Source of the DNA: Monocercomonoides exilis PA203
Taxonomy: Eukaryota > Protista > Preaxostyla
Assembly (NCBI GenBank): GCA_001643675.2
Contig: LSRY02000068.1
Location: 191,433-255,432, forward strand
Length of the DNA stretch: 64,000 nt
Direction: 5' to 3'
Shown here piece by piece: positions 15,493 to 34,599 of the stretch (position 1 is its first letter; each line of letters begins with the position of its first letter). Below the pieces are notes generated by a model. The model did not search any database and was not told the DNA's origin. It was given only the letters and a program-made list of their open reading frames with translations. The position numbers were made by a program, and so were the translations under genes.

Positions 15493-16053
15493 ATATTACA
15501 AACATTCATTGAATTTTAAATGTTGTTTTATCTTTTCTTATGAAGTTAATGATTTTTCTGATTTTCAGGTTTTGAAGAACTTTTTTTTAACTATTGACTA
15601 TTAAATGTTTTCCAGTCACACCATTTTTATGTTTGTTTTAAAAGTTAAAACTTTAAGATTTTTATATGTTTTGAATCTGTTGGTTGTATGTAGTTTGATG
15701 AGTTTTTTTTTCTTTTCGATTGATATTTTGATGCAAAATTTGCAAAAAATAAATAAAAGATTCTCCTTTGAAATGTTTTTGTTTTTTTATTTTTGAAAAA
15801 AAATCATTATGTTCTTTATCAGAATTAATAGTATTAAGACTTAAAAATCTTAAAAAAAAAAACCTAAAAATAAAAAATAAATTGTTTCATAAAAAAAATA
15901 AAAAATAAATAATAAAAAAATAAATTACTTTGATTTCAAAAAAAAAGCAAAGCCAATCATAACACTTGCAAAATGGTCAAAGCTGAAAAATAAAATGTAT
16001 TTCTAAAATTTAACACGAATAAACATAATGAGAATTGAAAGGTTTTGTTTGAA

Positions 16054-16190
16054 TTAAAATAACTTATTCAAATAAACAAAATTTATTCGGAATAAATAAT
16101 TTTCATTGGAATAAACTGGTGTTATCTGGAATAAACTTTGGTTATTCGAATTATTATTTTTATTTCAATAAAATTTTCTTATTCCAATTC
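16054..16190. repeat. Degenerate ~19-20 bp tandem repeat (~7 units, core TTATTC-GGAATAAA)
   Basis: Successive units ttattcaaataaa / ttattcggaataaa / ttcattggaataaa / ttatctggaataaa / ttattcgaatta / tatttcaataaa / ttattccaat. Confidence 0.5.
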
Positions 16191-16220
16191 CATCTAATGT
16201 TACATAAATGCAGTTTTTTT

Positions 16221-16833
16221 TTACGAAATTTCAGAAGCAACTTGAGTTGAAGTTATTGCTTGAGAAGATGTTGTCGAGGTTGGGTATTCATATGTCATAA
16301 ATAAAGAATTTTGCGATTTGTGATGATTGTCATCTCTAATAAAACCATATACACCAAAAACACCAGCACACTTTTCAATTTTATGTTCAGACTTTAATTC
16401 TGGTATTTCCAGTAAAGCTTTTGTGCATTCAAGATATTGACCAAGCTCTAAAAGAAGAAGCATGGTTGACCTTCCCTGTGAATGTAAAAACGTATGTAAC
16501 ACAAGTTCCAGGTGAGAGTCGTCGTCTTCCTCCACTTCAACAGCAGACGCAGTCCATCGAGATGTTAGGACATTTTCGTCATTCCTTGTTTCCATGCCTA
16601 TCACCAAATGAGCATCCTTCTGTTGTATAACTTCAGACTGGAAAAATAAAGGTGTAGAAGCCATCATCGGAAGCTTTTTAAATCCGTGCCTTCGTAAAAA
16701 TACATCAAAAGCACCACCCCAAGACTTCCTTGGGGCATGTTAGATACACAATATCTGTTGACCTATTTCTTGATACTCTGAAAAATTGACTTGTGATGTG
16801 AGCTTTCTTCGGTTCCCTTGATATAATTCTCAT
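16221..16833 (-). pseudogene. Probable decayed gene fragment of unknown family
   Basis: 148-aa ORF plus an upstream out-of-frame ATG-initiated piece, higher GC than the flanks. No recognisable domain. Confidence 0.25.
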
Positions 16834-17406
16834 ATATTAAAAATTTTTTAATCTACAAAAGTATGCAAACATTTCTTTTTCTTTTCAATTCCAGTTCTTG
16901 AATAAAATGTTTTTCTCAAATAAATCTCCCATAATCATATTTCATTTTTAATTAAATATGGTTATCATCCAGTTCACTAAAATTGAGTACAAAAGATTTG
17001 AAAAGAATTTTAATATAAATAAGAAGTTTAATCCCGATTTCCCATTACAGAAGAAAACGAAACATTCTCATATTAAATTGATGCATTCTGTTACAGTTTG
17101 ATTTTTGAACATTTATAAAATCGAATCTGAAAAAGTGAAAAATAAATTATGATTAGTTTTTTTTCATTTACTAACCATGAGTTATTCAATAAAGTGCATG
17201 CTCATTAGCGATGGAAAAAACAAAATAACAGCTGGATGAATGTGAAGTGATAATAAAAGCCAGATTGTCGATGTTAATATGCATATGGAAAGCATGAATT
17301 AAATTTTCAAAGAATGCATATAGATGAAAAAATATTTGTTTTAAAGATTCATCAAAATTTCGTAATGCATGTGAGCAAGCATTTTCTAGCAATCAATAAG
17401 ATTCAA

Positions 17407-18725
17407 TCAGCACAATACAAAATAATCATTGGGACAAGTTGGGATATTTAAATAGTACTTATAATGAATGAAATATCCACATAAACTTGTGAAAATATCT
17501 TTATATCCCATTTCCTCAAATATTTCGAAAATTTCTCTCTTTAACATCTTTAATTCAACAGCGTTGCTGTTTCTGTCTTCAATTTTGCAAAGCATAACAG
17601 ATACATTATTAAAGAAACTAAGAAAAGTCACTGCCAACGTTCGATGCAATGTTTCTTGAATAAGTTCCTTAATAACGAAGTCAAAGACTCCACAGTGGAG
17701 TAAGTTTTTAATTGTTTTGGTAACTAACATTCTGCTGAATAACCTAATGCCATTCATTACAATTTCGGAAGATCTGCCATCAGCTGTTCTGCACAGCGTT
17801 AAGACGCATCCAACCAATTTTTCACGATCTTCTTTGCATAACTGACACGTATCAATGCAAAACCAAATATCTTCGATCCATTTTAGAATCTCAACAAATT
17901 CAGTAATTTCATTCATTTCATTTTCTTCTTTGCTCCAATTTGCACACCTCGAAAGCTCTTCCAATTCTTTCTCAGCTTCTCCCACAAAATGCAATTCATT
18001 CACTATCACTCCTTCCAAACTTCTTTCATTGGGAATTCTGTGGAGCAAAAATCTCAAGGCCGATTGATAGGCAATTTGCGTCAGATTGTGATGTTCTTGA
18101 TGATAATTGATGATTTCTGTAATCTTATTCAAATATAGTTCTTTATTCACATTCTGACATAAAAGAATAAAAAAAAACAACAAATGTTCAAACATAAGGA
18201 AAGAAGGAAAGAAAATATTCAAACAAAACATTTGTCTATTTTGCTCAACGCTAATAAAGATATCTCCACCTCTTTTTGCATTTCCTCACTTTCTTCTTTG
18301 CTCGTGAGAGTTTTTAAAATGCAAGAAACATAAATTGGAAGCAATTCATTCGGAATGTTTTGGTCACTTTTGTTCAAAAGAAGATAGCATTCACAAAGAT
18401 CTTTGAGAACCTTCTTATTATCATCATCTTGTTTCTTTGCTTCACTGACTATCATCTTTTTAAGTTTTATGTTCAAAGAAGATTTATCAATATTAACATT
18501 TGATGCCCTTCGCAATTCTTTGAAACATCCAACGCATTTTAATAGTGACAAGGCATTTTCAATTGTTAAATTCTTTTCTTCAATCATGTAGCATATCATC
18601 TCAAATACTCCCTTTGTGAATGCACATTTCAATTCTTCCCAATTCATCTCCTCCACTAATGCGTTCATAATTTGGACTTCTTGCTTTTTTTCATCCCCAG
18701 TACAAAAATTCAGTTTTATGATCAT
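17407..18725 (-). CDS. Member of a lineage-expanded alpha-helical protein family; 2 exons (18725-18225, 18153-17407)
   Basis: Two ORFs join in frame via a 71-nt GTTTGA...TCAG intron (18224-18154), giving ...LALSKIDKCF/NVNKELYLN... The motifs KEVEISLLALS, IINYHQEHHNLTQIAYQSA and VIVNELHF are recalled from a large Monocercomonoides hypothetical family (recollection, not a database result). Exact start uncertain. Confidence 0.7.
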
Positions 18726-19182
18726 TTCTTCAAAGACATTTTAAACAACAACAGTTAAATAATCAAAAGAAATCTACAAAAGAATGCCTCTATATTTTTT
18801 GGCTAATGAAGTCTATTGTTACATTTCAATTGTTTATTTTTCAAAATTTTGATTATCAGGTTGCAAAATGTTTATTTTGGAAATGATTCAAAGAAAATGC
18901 AATACAGAAAAAGAATAATACTTTTTCATTCTGAGCATAAGCAGATTTCTCTGACATTTAAATCTCTGTTGCTTCTTTGAATAACACGAAAAATTTAATT
19001 AACAATTATTAATCACTCATCAAATGAGGACAAATCATGAGGAATATTATCTGAAAAAAATGCAGAAATAGAAACAAAATAAATACACATTTGATATAAA
19101 CTGAAAATTTTTATTCTGTTATTTATTTGTATTTTTTAAAAATAAAACCATTACGAAAAAATAATAATAATAATAATTGCTA

Positions 19183-26989
<7,807 letters not shown>

Positions 26990-27369
26990 TTTCAAAGAGA
27001 TGTCATATGAATGTATAATGTTGGTCATTGATCAATTTTTTCCAACAAATCTTTCTATCACACGAGTTATCATTTAAAAAATGTTGATTCAATATCGAAT
27101 TTTGTGAAAAATATTTTTTTGTCTGCTTTTTGATAATTTTTGTCACTTTTTTAACTTTTTAAGGAAAATTGATATTTGATTCTCTAAAAAATAATTTTGA
27201 ATCTAAATTTCAAATGTGTAATGGATTTAATAATTGTTGTGTTACAAAATCTGTAATAACGTCATTATTTTTGTTCTTCAAAGATATGAAAAATTGATGG
27301 AAAGAAATTACCCATTTTAAAAATATTATTTAATGTAATGGATTTCGATTGATTTTTTCTTTGCATTCA
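26990..27369. promoter_or_regulatory. Short divergent (head-to-head) intergenic region, probable shared promoter
   Basis: ~380 bp AT-rich spacer between the ATG of the pseudokinase gene (-) and the ATG of SLX1 (+). Positional inference only. Confidence 0.45.
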
Positions 27370-30300
27370 ATGAACTATCGGTTTTTTTGTTGTTATTTGT
27401 TACGATCTCTTGTGTCTCCTCAGAAAACATACATTGGATTTACCAGCATGTGATTTTTTTCTGATAATTTGATTTTATGTGTATTATTTTTTACAGTTAA
27501 TCCAAAACGTCGTTTGCTTCAGCATAATGGCTATCTCAAAAATGGGGCATATCGTACCTCACAAGGAAGACCTTGGACAATGGTATTTGAGATATTTTTC
27601 AAGCATTTTACAAATTTTTATTATAAAAAGTAGTGCCTATGTGTTGTTGGATTTTCTTCAAAACATGAAGCTCTTCAATTTGAATGTTTGGATGTAATTT
27701 CTTGAGCGCATGCTGTTTAGAAAAGTTTCTCTTTATTGATCTTGTGATTCTTTTTATTCTTAGGGTTTTGGCAGCACCCTGAGAGGAGCAAATCATTTAT
27801 TTCTTATTGTAAAAATTTTGGCTGGGATCCATCACGAACAAGAAGTGTTACAAATCTAATAAAACTGGCTTATTACTTAATTCCTTATTTAACTCTTTTT
27901 AACGATCATCAAAAACACCTTCCCTTTCAACAGTTGGCTCGTAATTCAAAGGATATTGAATCTTCTTGCACTAAATTTGAATGGAAAAGTCATCTTCGAA
28001 TTGTTATTCTTGAAGAATATCTTCAAGAAATTATTCTTAAAAGAATCCAGAAAATATGCAAACAAATGAAATTAATCCATTCAGTTGAAGATTTTGAATA
28101 TCCACGAGAACAATCAGCCTCATCTAGCTCTTCCACAGCTACCCCTCCTGAAGATGAATTTTTCTGGAAAAAGACATTTTTTTTGCCAGATTCTATTTCT
28201 TCTGAAGAGTCAATTGAATCGTTCTTTTCAGATGCTATTATTCCTTCTGAAAGCTCTCACAGATTTATGGCAGAACGACAAAAGCAGAAGATAATTTCAC
28301 CGAATCCAGGAAGTTGTTTTATTGAAGTCTCAACGATGAAAATGGCCAAGCTGATGGAGAAAGTCCATTTACTTTGCAGTCGACAGAAGACAACTATGCC
28401 CAGAATGGATGAATGCGATGCAGAAGGATATGAAAGCTACGAAGACGATGAATTCGATGGTGATGGCGATGGTGACGGTGATGGTGACGGCGATGGCGAT
28501 GATAAAGATATGAATGAAACTTCGGTTTTGAATGGCTCGAAAAGGAAAAACGATGAAAACAGAAAACGGAAAAAATCTGAATATTTTTGTGGAATGACTT
28601 CAAGACAAAGCAGAAAATATATGTTGATGCAGAGAAGAGCGAAAGGAACAGAGCAAGAGACAGAAATAGTGCTCAACATTGTGTTTGACGACAATGGCAG
28701 CGAAGACTGTGAAGCTGATTATAGACGAAAGAAAGCAATAAAAAGAAAAAGGATCATCAAAGAAAATGAAGAAGTGCAAAATGAAGGAAATGATTCAAGC
28801 AATGCTGAGATAATGAGACTTCTTCTGAAAAAGAAGAAGAAACTGAAGAAACAGAAAAAAGCCGTTTTGAAATTGTCGCAAAAGATTGAAAACGAAGCAG
28901 ATAGATTCAGTCTATTTCAACACATCTGTCCTTCTTCTGCGAAGAAATCGTTGTTCAATCACAAATCTCTTGTTGGCTCTTCTTCCGACGATTCGCAATT
29001 GCCTTTTTCTTCGTCTGAAAAGTCGTCTTTTTGTGATTCATTTTCTTCGTCTTTTGTTCCTCCTGATTTGCCTCTGGATGATCTACAGCCATCTGAAGCA
29101 TCACACAACTGCTCATCTGATTCTTCTGTTTCAAAAACACTTTCATTTTCAAATTATTCCCCACTTCTTTCTTTGCCGCCAACTCCATCGGTTTCTTCTC
29201 CTGTGATTTGTTTGTCTTCTTCCCCTTCTTTTGCCACATCCCCTCCTCTTCCTCCTTCAAAAGACACTTCTTTTGACACTTCTCCTTTGCCGTTCGATGA
29301 TTCGCCTTCAACGTCATCTTTTCATTCGTCTCATTCACTCAACTCAGACATAATTGTGATTGATGCTGAAGAGGAATGCGCTGAAAAACTATCTTCTTCT
29401 TCATCCTCTTCTTCCTCCTCCTCCTCCTCTTCTTCTTCTTCCTTCTCCTCTTCTTCTTCATCTTCTTCCTCCTCTTCTTCCTCCTCTTCCTCTTCCTCTT
29501 CTTCACATATACGTTTCACTCCAAATTATTCTGACTTAACACTTCCATCTTTTCATTATCCACCGTCTTCTTCGTCTTCGATGCGGATGCCCCGTTCCTC
29601 ATTAACGCCATCAAACAATTATTTAAATCATGTTTTGCCTTCTTCTTCTTCTTCTTCTTTCGGATTCTCTTCATATTTTGAAAATCCTTCGTCTTTAACA
29701 TTTTCTTCTTCTTCTGCTTCTGCTTCTGCTTCTGCTTCTGCTTCTGCTTCTGCTTCTGCTTCTGCTTCTTTTATCGCATCTGCTTCTTCCATCGCATCTA
29801 AATCATCAGCCTTTCAAATCGAGCATTGCACAGCTTTGGCTTCTGATTGTTCCCCAAATGGAGCTGAATGTGATTCTTCCTCTGTTGGATGCTCAGATCT
29901 AAACTCGAACAATCTTCTTTTCGATGCCTCTTTATCCAAATCTGCAGATGATTTTTCGCCTTTCTCTCAGTCAAATTCTTCTCCATCATTAATATCACTC
30001 ACACCCTCCATTCCACCCACTTCACCTTCATCTCTACATTCTCCGCTGATTGCTATGCTCGACGAAGACAAATCCCATTCAACACTTCAGACTGCTTCTT
30101 CAATCCACTCACAATCTCAACCCCAATCACACACATTCATTCATTCACATCTTCCTGCTTTATCTGCCTCTGCATTTGCTGCCAATCTGAAATTGGATTC
30201 GCTTTGCTTTTTCTGCAAAGGGGCTTCTTCTGCTTACAATTTGCTGTTTTGTCCGTTTTCGTTGTGCACAATGTCTGCTCATCCGCTCTGCCTCAAAGAA

Positions 30301-30546
30301 TACTTTAACAGCGAAAGAAATGCTGAGAGAAATTCCTTTAAAAGTTCATCAATAAAAACATGTGAAGTGAAACATGAATTAACACAAAAATCAGTCAATG
30401 AATCTTCCCAATCGATTATTTCTGGAATTTGCCCAATTTGCCAAAATCATTTATTGTATTCTGATTTATTGAAACAGAGAAGAAACAGAATAAACAAAGA
30501 AAAAGAAAGTAGAATTGAGAAATTAAAGAAAAATACAAGATCATGA
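27370..30546 (+). CDS. SLX1: Structure-specific endonuclease subunit SLX1 (GIY-YIG + C-terminal RING-variant); exons 27370-27445, 27497-27582, 27634-27685, 27764-30546
   Basis: Manual splicing gives [77 protein letters not shown], matching SLX1 motifs (YIGFT.NP.RRL.QHNG, GA..T...RPW, AL.FEW.WQHP). It continues in frame into ORF 27934..30546, ending in CFFC...CPFSLC...AHPLCL...GICPIC. Confidence 0.93.
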
Positions 30547-31856
30547 ATCCCTTTTGTTTAAGGTTTGAATAATTTAAAACGAAAACAAATGGTTTCAATT
30601 CATCGCAAATTGTTGAAACATTTTTTTTGTATTCATTTATCGCGTTGCCATTTAAAAATTATTTCAAAAATTTCAACAGCCTGTTCAGATTATTTTTAAT
30701 TAAAAAAGCCTTATGAAATAGCAGTTATGAGAATTGGATGAATTTGTTCGATTTGGTTAATAAATGGGTAATTATTTTTGAAATCATAACTTTTTTCGGG
30801 GTGATAACTTTTCTTGGGTTATATGTCTTTGAGAAGAGATTTTGAATTCAAATGAAAAATTCATAATATCTGTTTTAAAAACATATTTTCAAGCTGAAAT
30901 AAAGAAAAGCGTTTATTGGATTAGAATGTTCTCTTTTCAGGGTTCATTTACGAATATTCAAAAATAATTTTCTAACCGAAATTTTTGACAGAAAAAATAT
31001 GATTTCAAAAATAATAACCCAAATATGATATTGTTTAAGTTAATAATTGTGGATTCTTTTATTTACTGTGGGCAGTTGAGTTAATTCAACGGTTGTTGAT
31101 GGATGTATAATGGAAAATTTACCAAATTATTCATTTTTCAAATGCGAACTAATGCGATATTTTTCTTTTTCGTACAACCTCTTTTCTGAAAGAATAATAA
31201 TATTTACTTTGTTATTTTTTCTTTTCGGAGAAATAAGATTCTGAAAGTGTCTCTGTTATTTGAAAATATTCTTATTAAAAGAACTTTGAGATCAATTGTT
31301 CCATTTTTCTTAGTCGCAATTATTTGCAAAAAATTATTGAATTCAAAAATTGAACCTGTTATTTCTCCAAGTTAATGAATTACAAATATTTCCGGATAGT
31401 ATCACATCATATTTTGCACAACTTTTTGTGATTATATCCGATTGTGATTTTTTGTGATGTGACTTAACAAAGAAAAAAATTAATTTTAATTAATTAAATT
31501 TTAAATTTTGTGTCGATTTGTTCATTTTTGGAAATTCTATCCAAATACACTTTTTTCTCTTGCGAAATTAATTTTTTTTCACAAATGCACATTATTTAAA
31601 CTTATTTGAGCACATTTTTGAAAAAGCAAAAAATTGAAAATTTTGATCAAAAAATCGATTTTTCATTGAAAAAATCACCCATTATGATTAAAAATGTGAT
31701 TATATATTTTCATCCCTGTGATAATATGCGATAGAAAATGAATGAAAGACAAGCAAAAAATGTCCATGTATGGAAAAATGTGACTATATACGAATGTGAT
31801 TATATTCGACGTGATTATATCCGGTTTAGATTGTAATTTTTTTTTTGCAAATATTA

Positions 31857-32582
31857 CACAAAAAATTATTCAACATCGAAAAAGTTTAATTCAAGATCGA
31901 AAAACTTTAATTCGAAATCGAAAATATTTAATTCAACATCGAAAATTCTTGATCATCAAAAAATTTGAAAAATTTTTAAAAAATTCATGCTCATGTCAGT
32001 TTCTATTCTTTCAGTTATTGATCTCAGAAATTTGTCAATTTCAATTAGAAAAATATTTTTTGATGTTTTTTTGGTGTTTGATAGTGTGAAATAGTGGAAA
32101 TAGGATAAAACTGAATTATTATTAAACTCTTCACATATGTTCAGGAGATTTTAAGGAATGAAAGAAATAAATAAGAGTGACAGGATAGTTCATGATCTTG
32201 TTTTTTGAACAAAAAAACAGAAATTTATCTCATTTATTGAAAACGAAATGTTTTGAATTTCATTTATTGCATTGGAAACTGATAATATAAAACATTTTCA
32301 ATCTTTAAAATGAGAAAAGAATCGATTGATATCAGTCGTTATCATTGAAAACAGTAGTCAAAAACGAAAGAAAAACATTTTCAATAAATAAATATTTGTA
32401 ATTATCAACATTTGTGTTAATGAAAATATTTTGGTTTTGACTTGAATTGAAATTCTGAACAAATTATCTTCTTTTTCGATTTTGAATAAAACATTTTCGA
32501 TGTTCAATGAAATATTTACGATGTTGGATTAATGTCTTTCGATGTTGTTTTAAACTTTTTCGATGTTGAATAATTTTTGGTG
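31857..32582. mobile_element. MITE-like non-autonomous DNA transposon (~726 bp) with TIRs and ~21-bp subterminal repeats
   Basis: CACAAAAAATTATTCAACATCGAAAAAGTTTA (31857-31888) is the reverse complement of 32551-32582 with one mismatch. About four degenerate AATTCAACATCGAAAA units follow in inverted orientation at each end. TA flanks both termini. No ORF. Confidence 0.72.
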
Positions 32583-33339
32583 TATATGATAATAATTTCT
32601 CAATAAATTATACTTAAAAAATAATTCTGAATGAGAATATTTCCACTCAAATTAACAATTTTTGCATTCAAAATTGGAATTTCTCAATCAAAATGGATTA
32701 TATTATGAACAAAACCTTCTGGAATTTCCCGGGAACAATTTTTTTTTCCCTTTTGCATCTGTATAGATTCAATATTATCATTTGCATCTTGTGTGTGCAG
32801 ACAAAATTTAAAAATCTTCATTCATTCTTATAAATTTCCATTTCTAAGATAATTGTTTTATTTTTAACGAAAACAAGAGATGTTTTCATTTCGAACGAAA
32901 AAGTTATCTATTTGATCACAAGTTTGGAATTTTGAATGAAAAAATTGTGATATGGGTGATTTTTTTTGAAATCATAAAAAAAGATCAAAAATCGAAAAAA
33001 TAAATTTTATTGTGGTAATTTTTGATCAAAGAGAAAAATAGATTTTTTTTGCAGGTATTAAGCTTTTATTTCTGTAATATATATTTGTTGTATTCATTAA
33101 TATGAAAAAAACCATACATTTCGATTTTTTGTGAAATTGAATATTTTGATCAAGTTTTCAAAAAAAAAAAAATGAAAAATCTATTTTAAAATGGTTAACA
33201 GGAATTTCAAAACTGGAAAAACAAAATATTGCAAAGAAAACATTAAAAAGAAGAACAAAAAAGAAAAAAAAAAAACAAAATTATTGAAACCAATTTATTA
33301 TTAATTGTTATTTTTCTTTTTTTTCTTCGTCTTTGCACA

Positions 33340-33655
33340 GCCAACAAATCTCCATTCCTTTAATTTGATTTGTCAAATCCGTCAAACGTATACAGATATA
33401 GTGGATTATTTGATAAAGTCGAGTTCAACAGCTGGCTCCTCCTCATCGCTTTGAACAAAATCGTTGCCAGCAACGGAACCAATACAGATGCCTGTGGCAG
33501 ACCCCTACAGACCCCATGTGCCACCATCGAGTATGCCCTCAACGGCTTCGTTTCCCTCCTCCCAGACGCCTCTCTCACCCTCCTCAGCTCAACATTTACT
33601 CCTTATCATACACTCACCTTCAGCGAGGTTGATACAAAAATCACTGGAAATGATG
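33340..33655 (+). pseudogene. Fragment of a repetitive surface/beta-helix-type protein gene
   Basis: Peptide VASNGTNTDACGRPLQTPCATIEYAL has the 'G.D...CG....PC.T..YA' motif typical of pectin-lyase-fold protist proteins. No start context, truncated after KITGN. Confidence 0.5.
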
Positions 33656-33699
33656 AACTTTTTCATTTCCAGTGATTTCTTTATTATTCCTTCTATTTA

Positions 33700-34290
33700 T
33701 TAATTTTGAATATTTTCCATTTAATATAAAAACCATTAATCTTTCATCTTCTTTTCAATACGAGAACATATCTTCACTTTTCTTTCGAGAAGTCTAACAT
33801 TGGATCACATAAAACATATTTCTTTGAAAATTCCTCATTTATTTTCTCTTCTTCATCAAATGCAAATTCTGCTGTTGCTTAAAGGAATCATCTATTTCAT
33901 CTCTTCGACAAGGATTTCTTCAATTATATCAGCAAGATCTTCAAAAATTTCCATTCGTTTGTTAATCCAATTTCACCTTTTTTGCCCGCTGCAGACGCAC
34001 TTATTTCATAGAATTATCCTTCGATTATTTGTATTTTTACAAATTTCTATTCCTCTCCTCATTTCATCTTCGACGGATCGCTGAAGGCGCATAACATTAT
34101 GCAATCTCTCGAAGATCATCCACATATTCAATCCTTCCAAATAACGTCTTCTGACTTGCTCCATCTGTTTTCGGAACAATCTTCAAGCCAAAAAAAAAAA
34201 AATCAGATCCAATCTTCACGAATTGTGCACCGAATGATAGGCCATTCTTGGTTTAATATTGAACCATTTCTGCTGTCTCATAATTTATAC
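33700..34290 (-). pseudogene. Decayed coding fragment
   Basis: Protein-like stretches on the minus strand (QMEQVRRRYLEGLNMWMIFERLHNVMRLQR; NWINKRMEIFEDLADIIEEIL) interrupted by stops and frameshifts. Confidence 0.35.
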
Positions 34291-34599
34291 AGACATTCTA
34301 TGATATAATAAATATACGTTTTGTGCTTCTGAATGGGAATGAAAGATGAAGCCTGATTCCAAATTCGAAGGGAGTTGAATGAAAGAGAAGGAGCAGGAGA
34401 TAGAGCAGGAAGACAGAGTTGAGAAAGTGAGCCAGAAGCAGTAGGATTAGCAGAAGATGGATGAACAGCTTAAGACAAGAGGTAAGGAAACAAAGATGTT
34501 CTGAAAGAAGGAGAAGATTGCTGCTGGGTGTTTTTAAACATGAACAAATTGACAAGCGAAGAAGTGCAATGAGAAAGAGGATGAAGAGAAATATTTTCA

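Noticed and set aside
272-15509. Numerous antisense and alternate-frame ORFs within VPS13 (likewise within other genes)
   Set aside because: Shadow ORFs from biased codon usage and low-complexity tracts.
31796-32089. 97-aa ORF with IQHRK repeats
   Set aside because: It is a translation of the MITE subterminal repeats.
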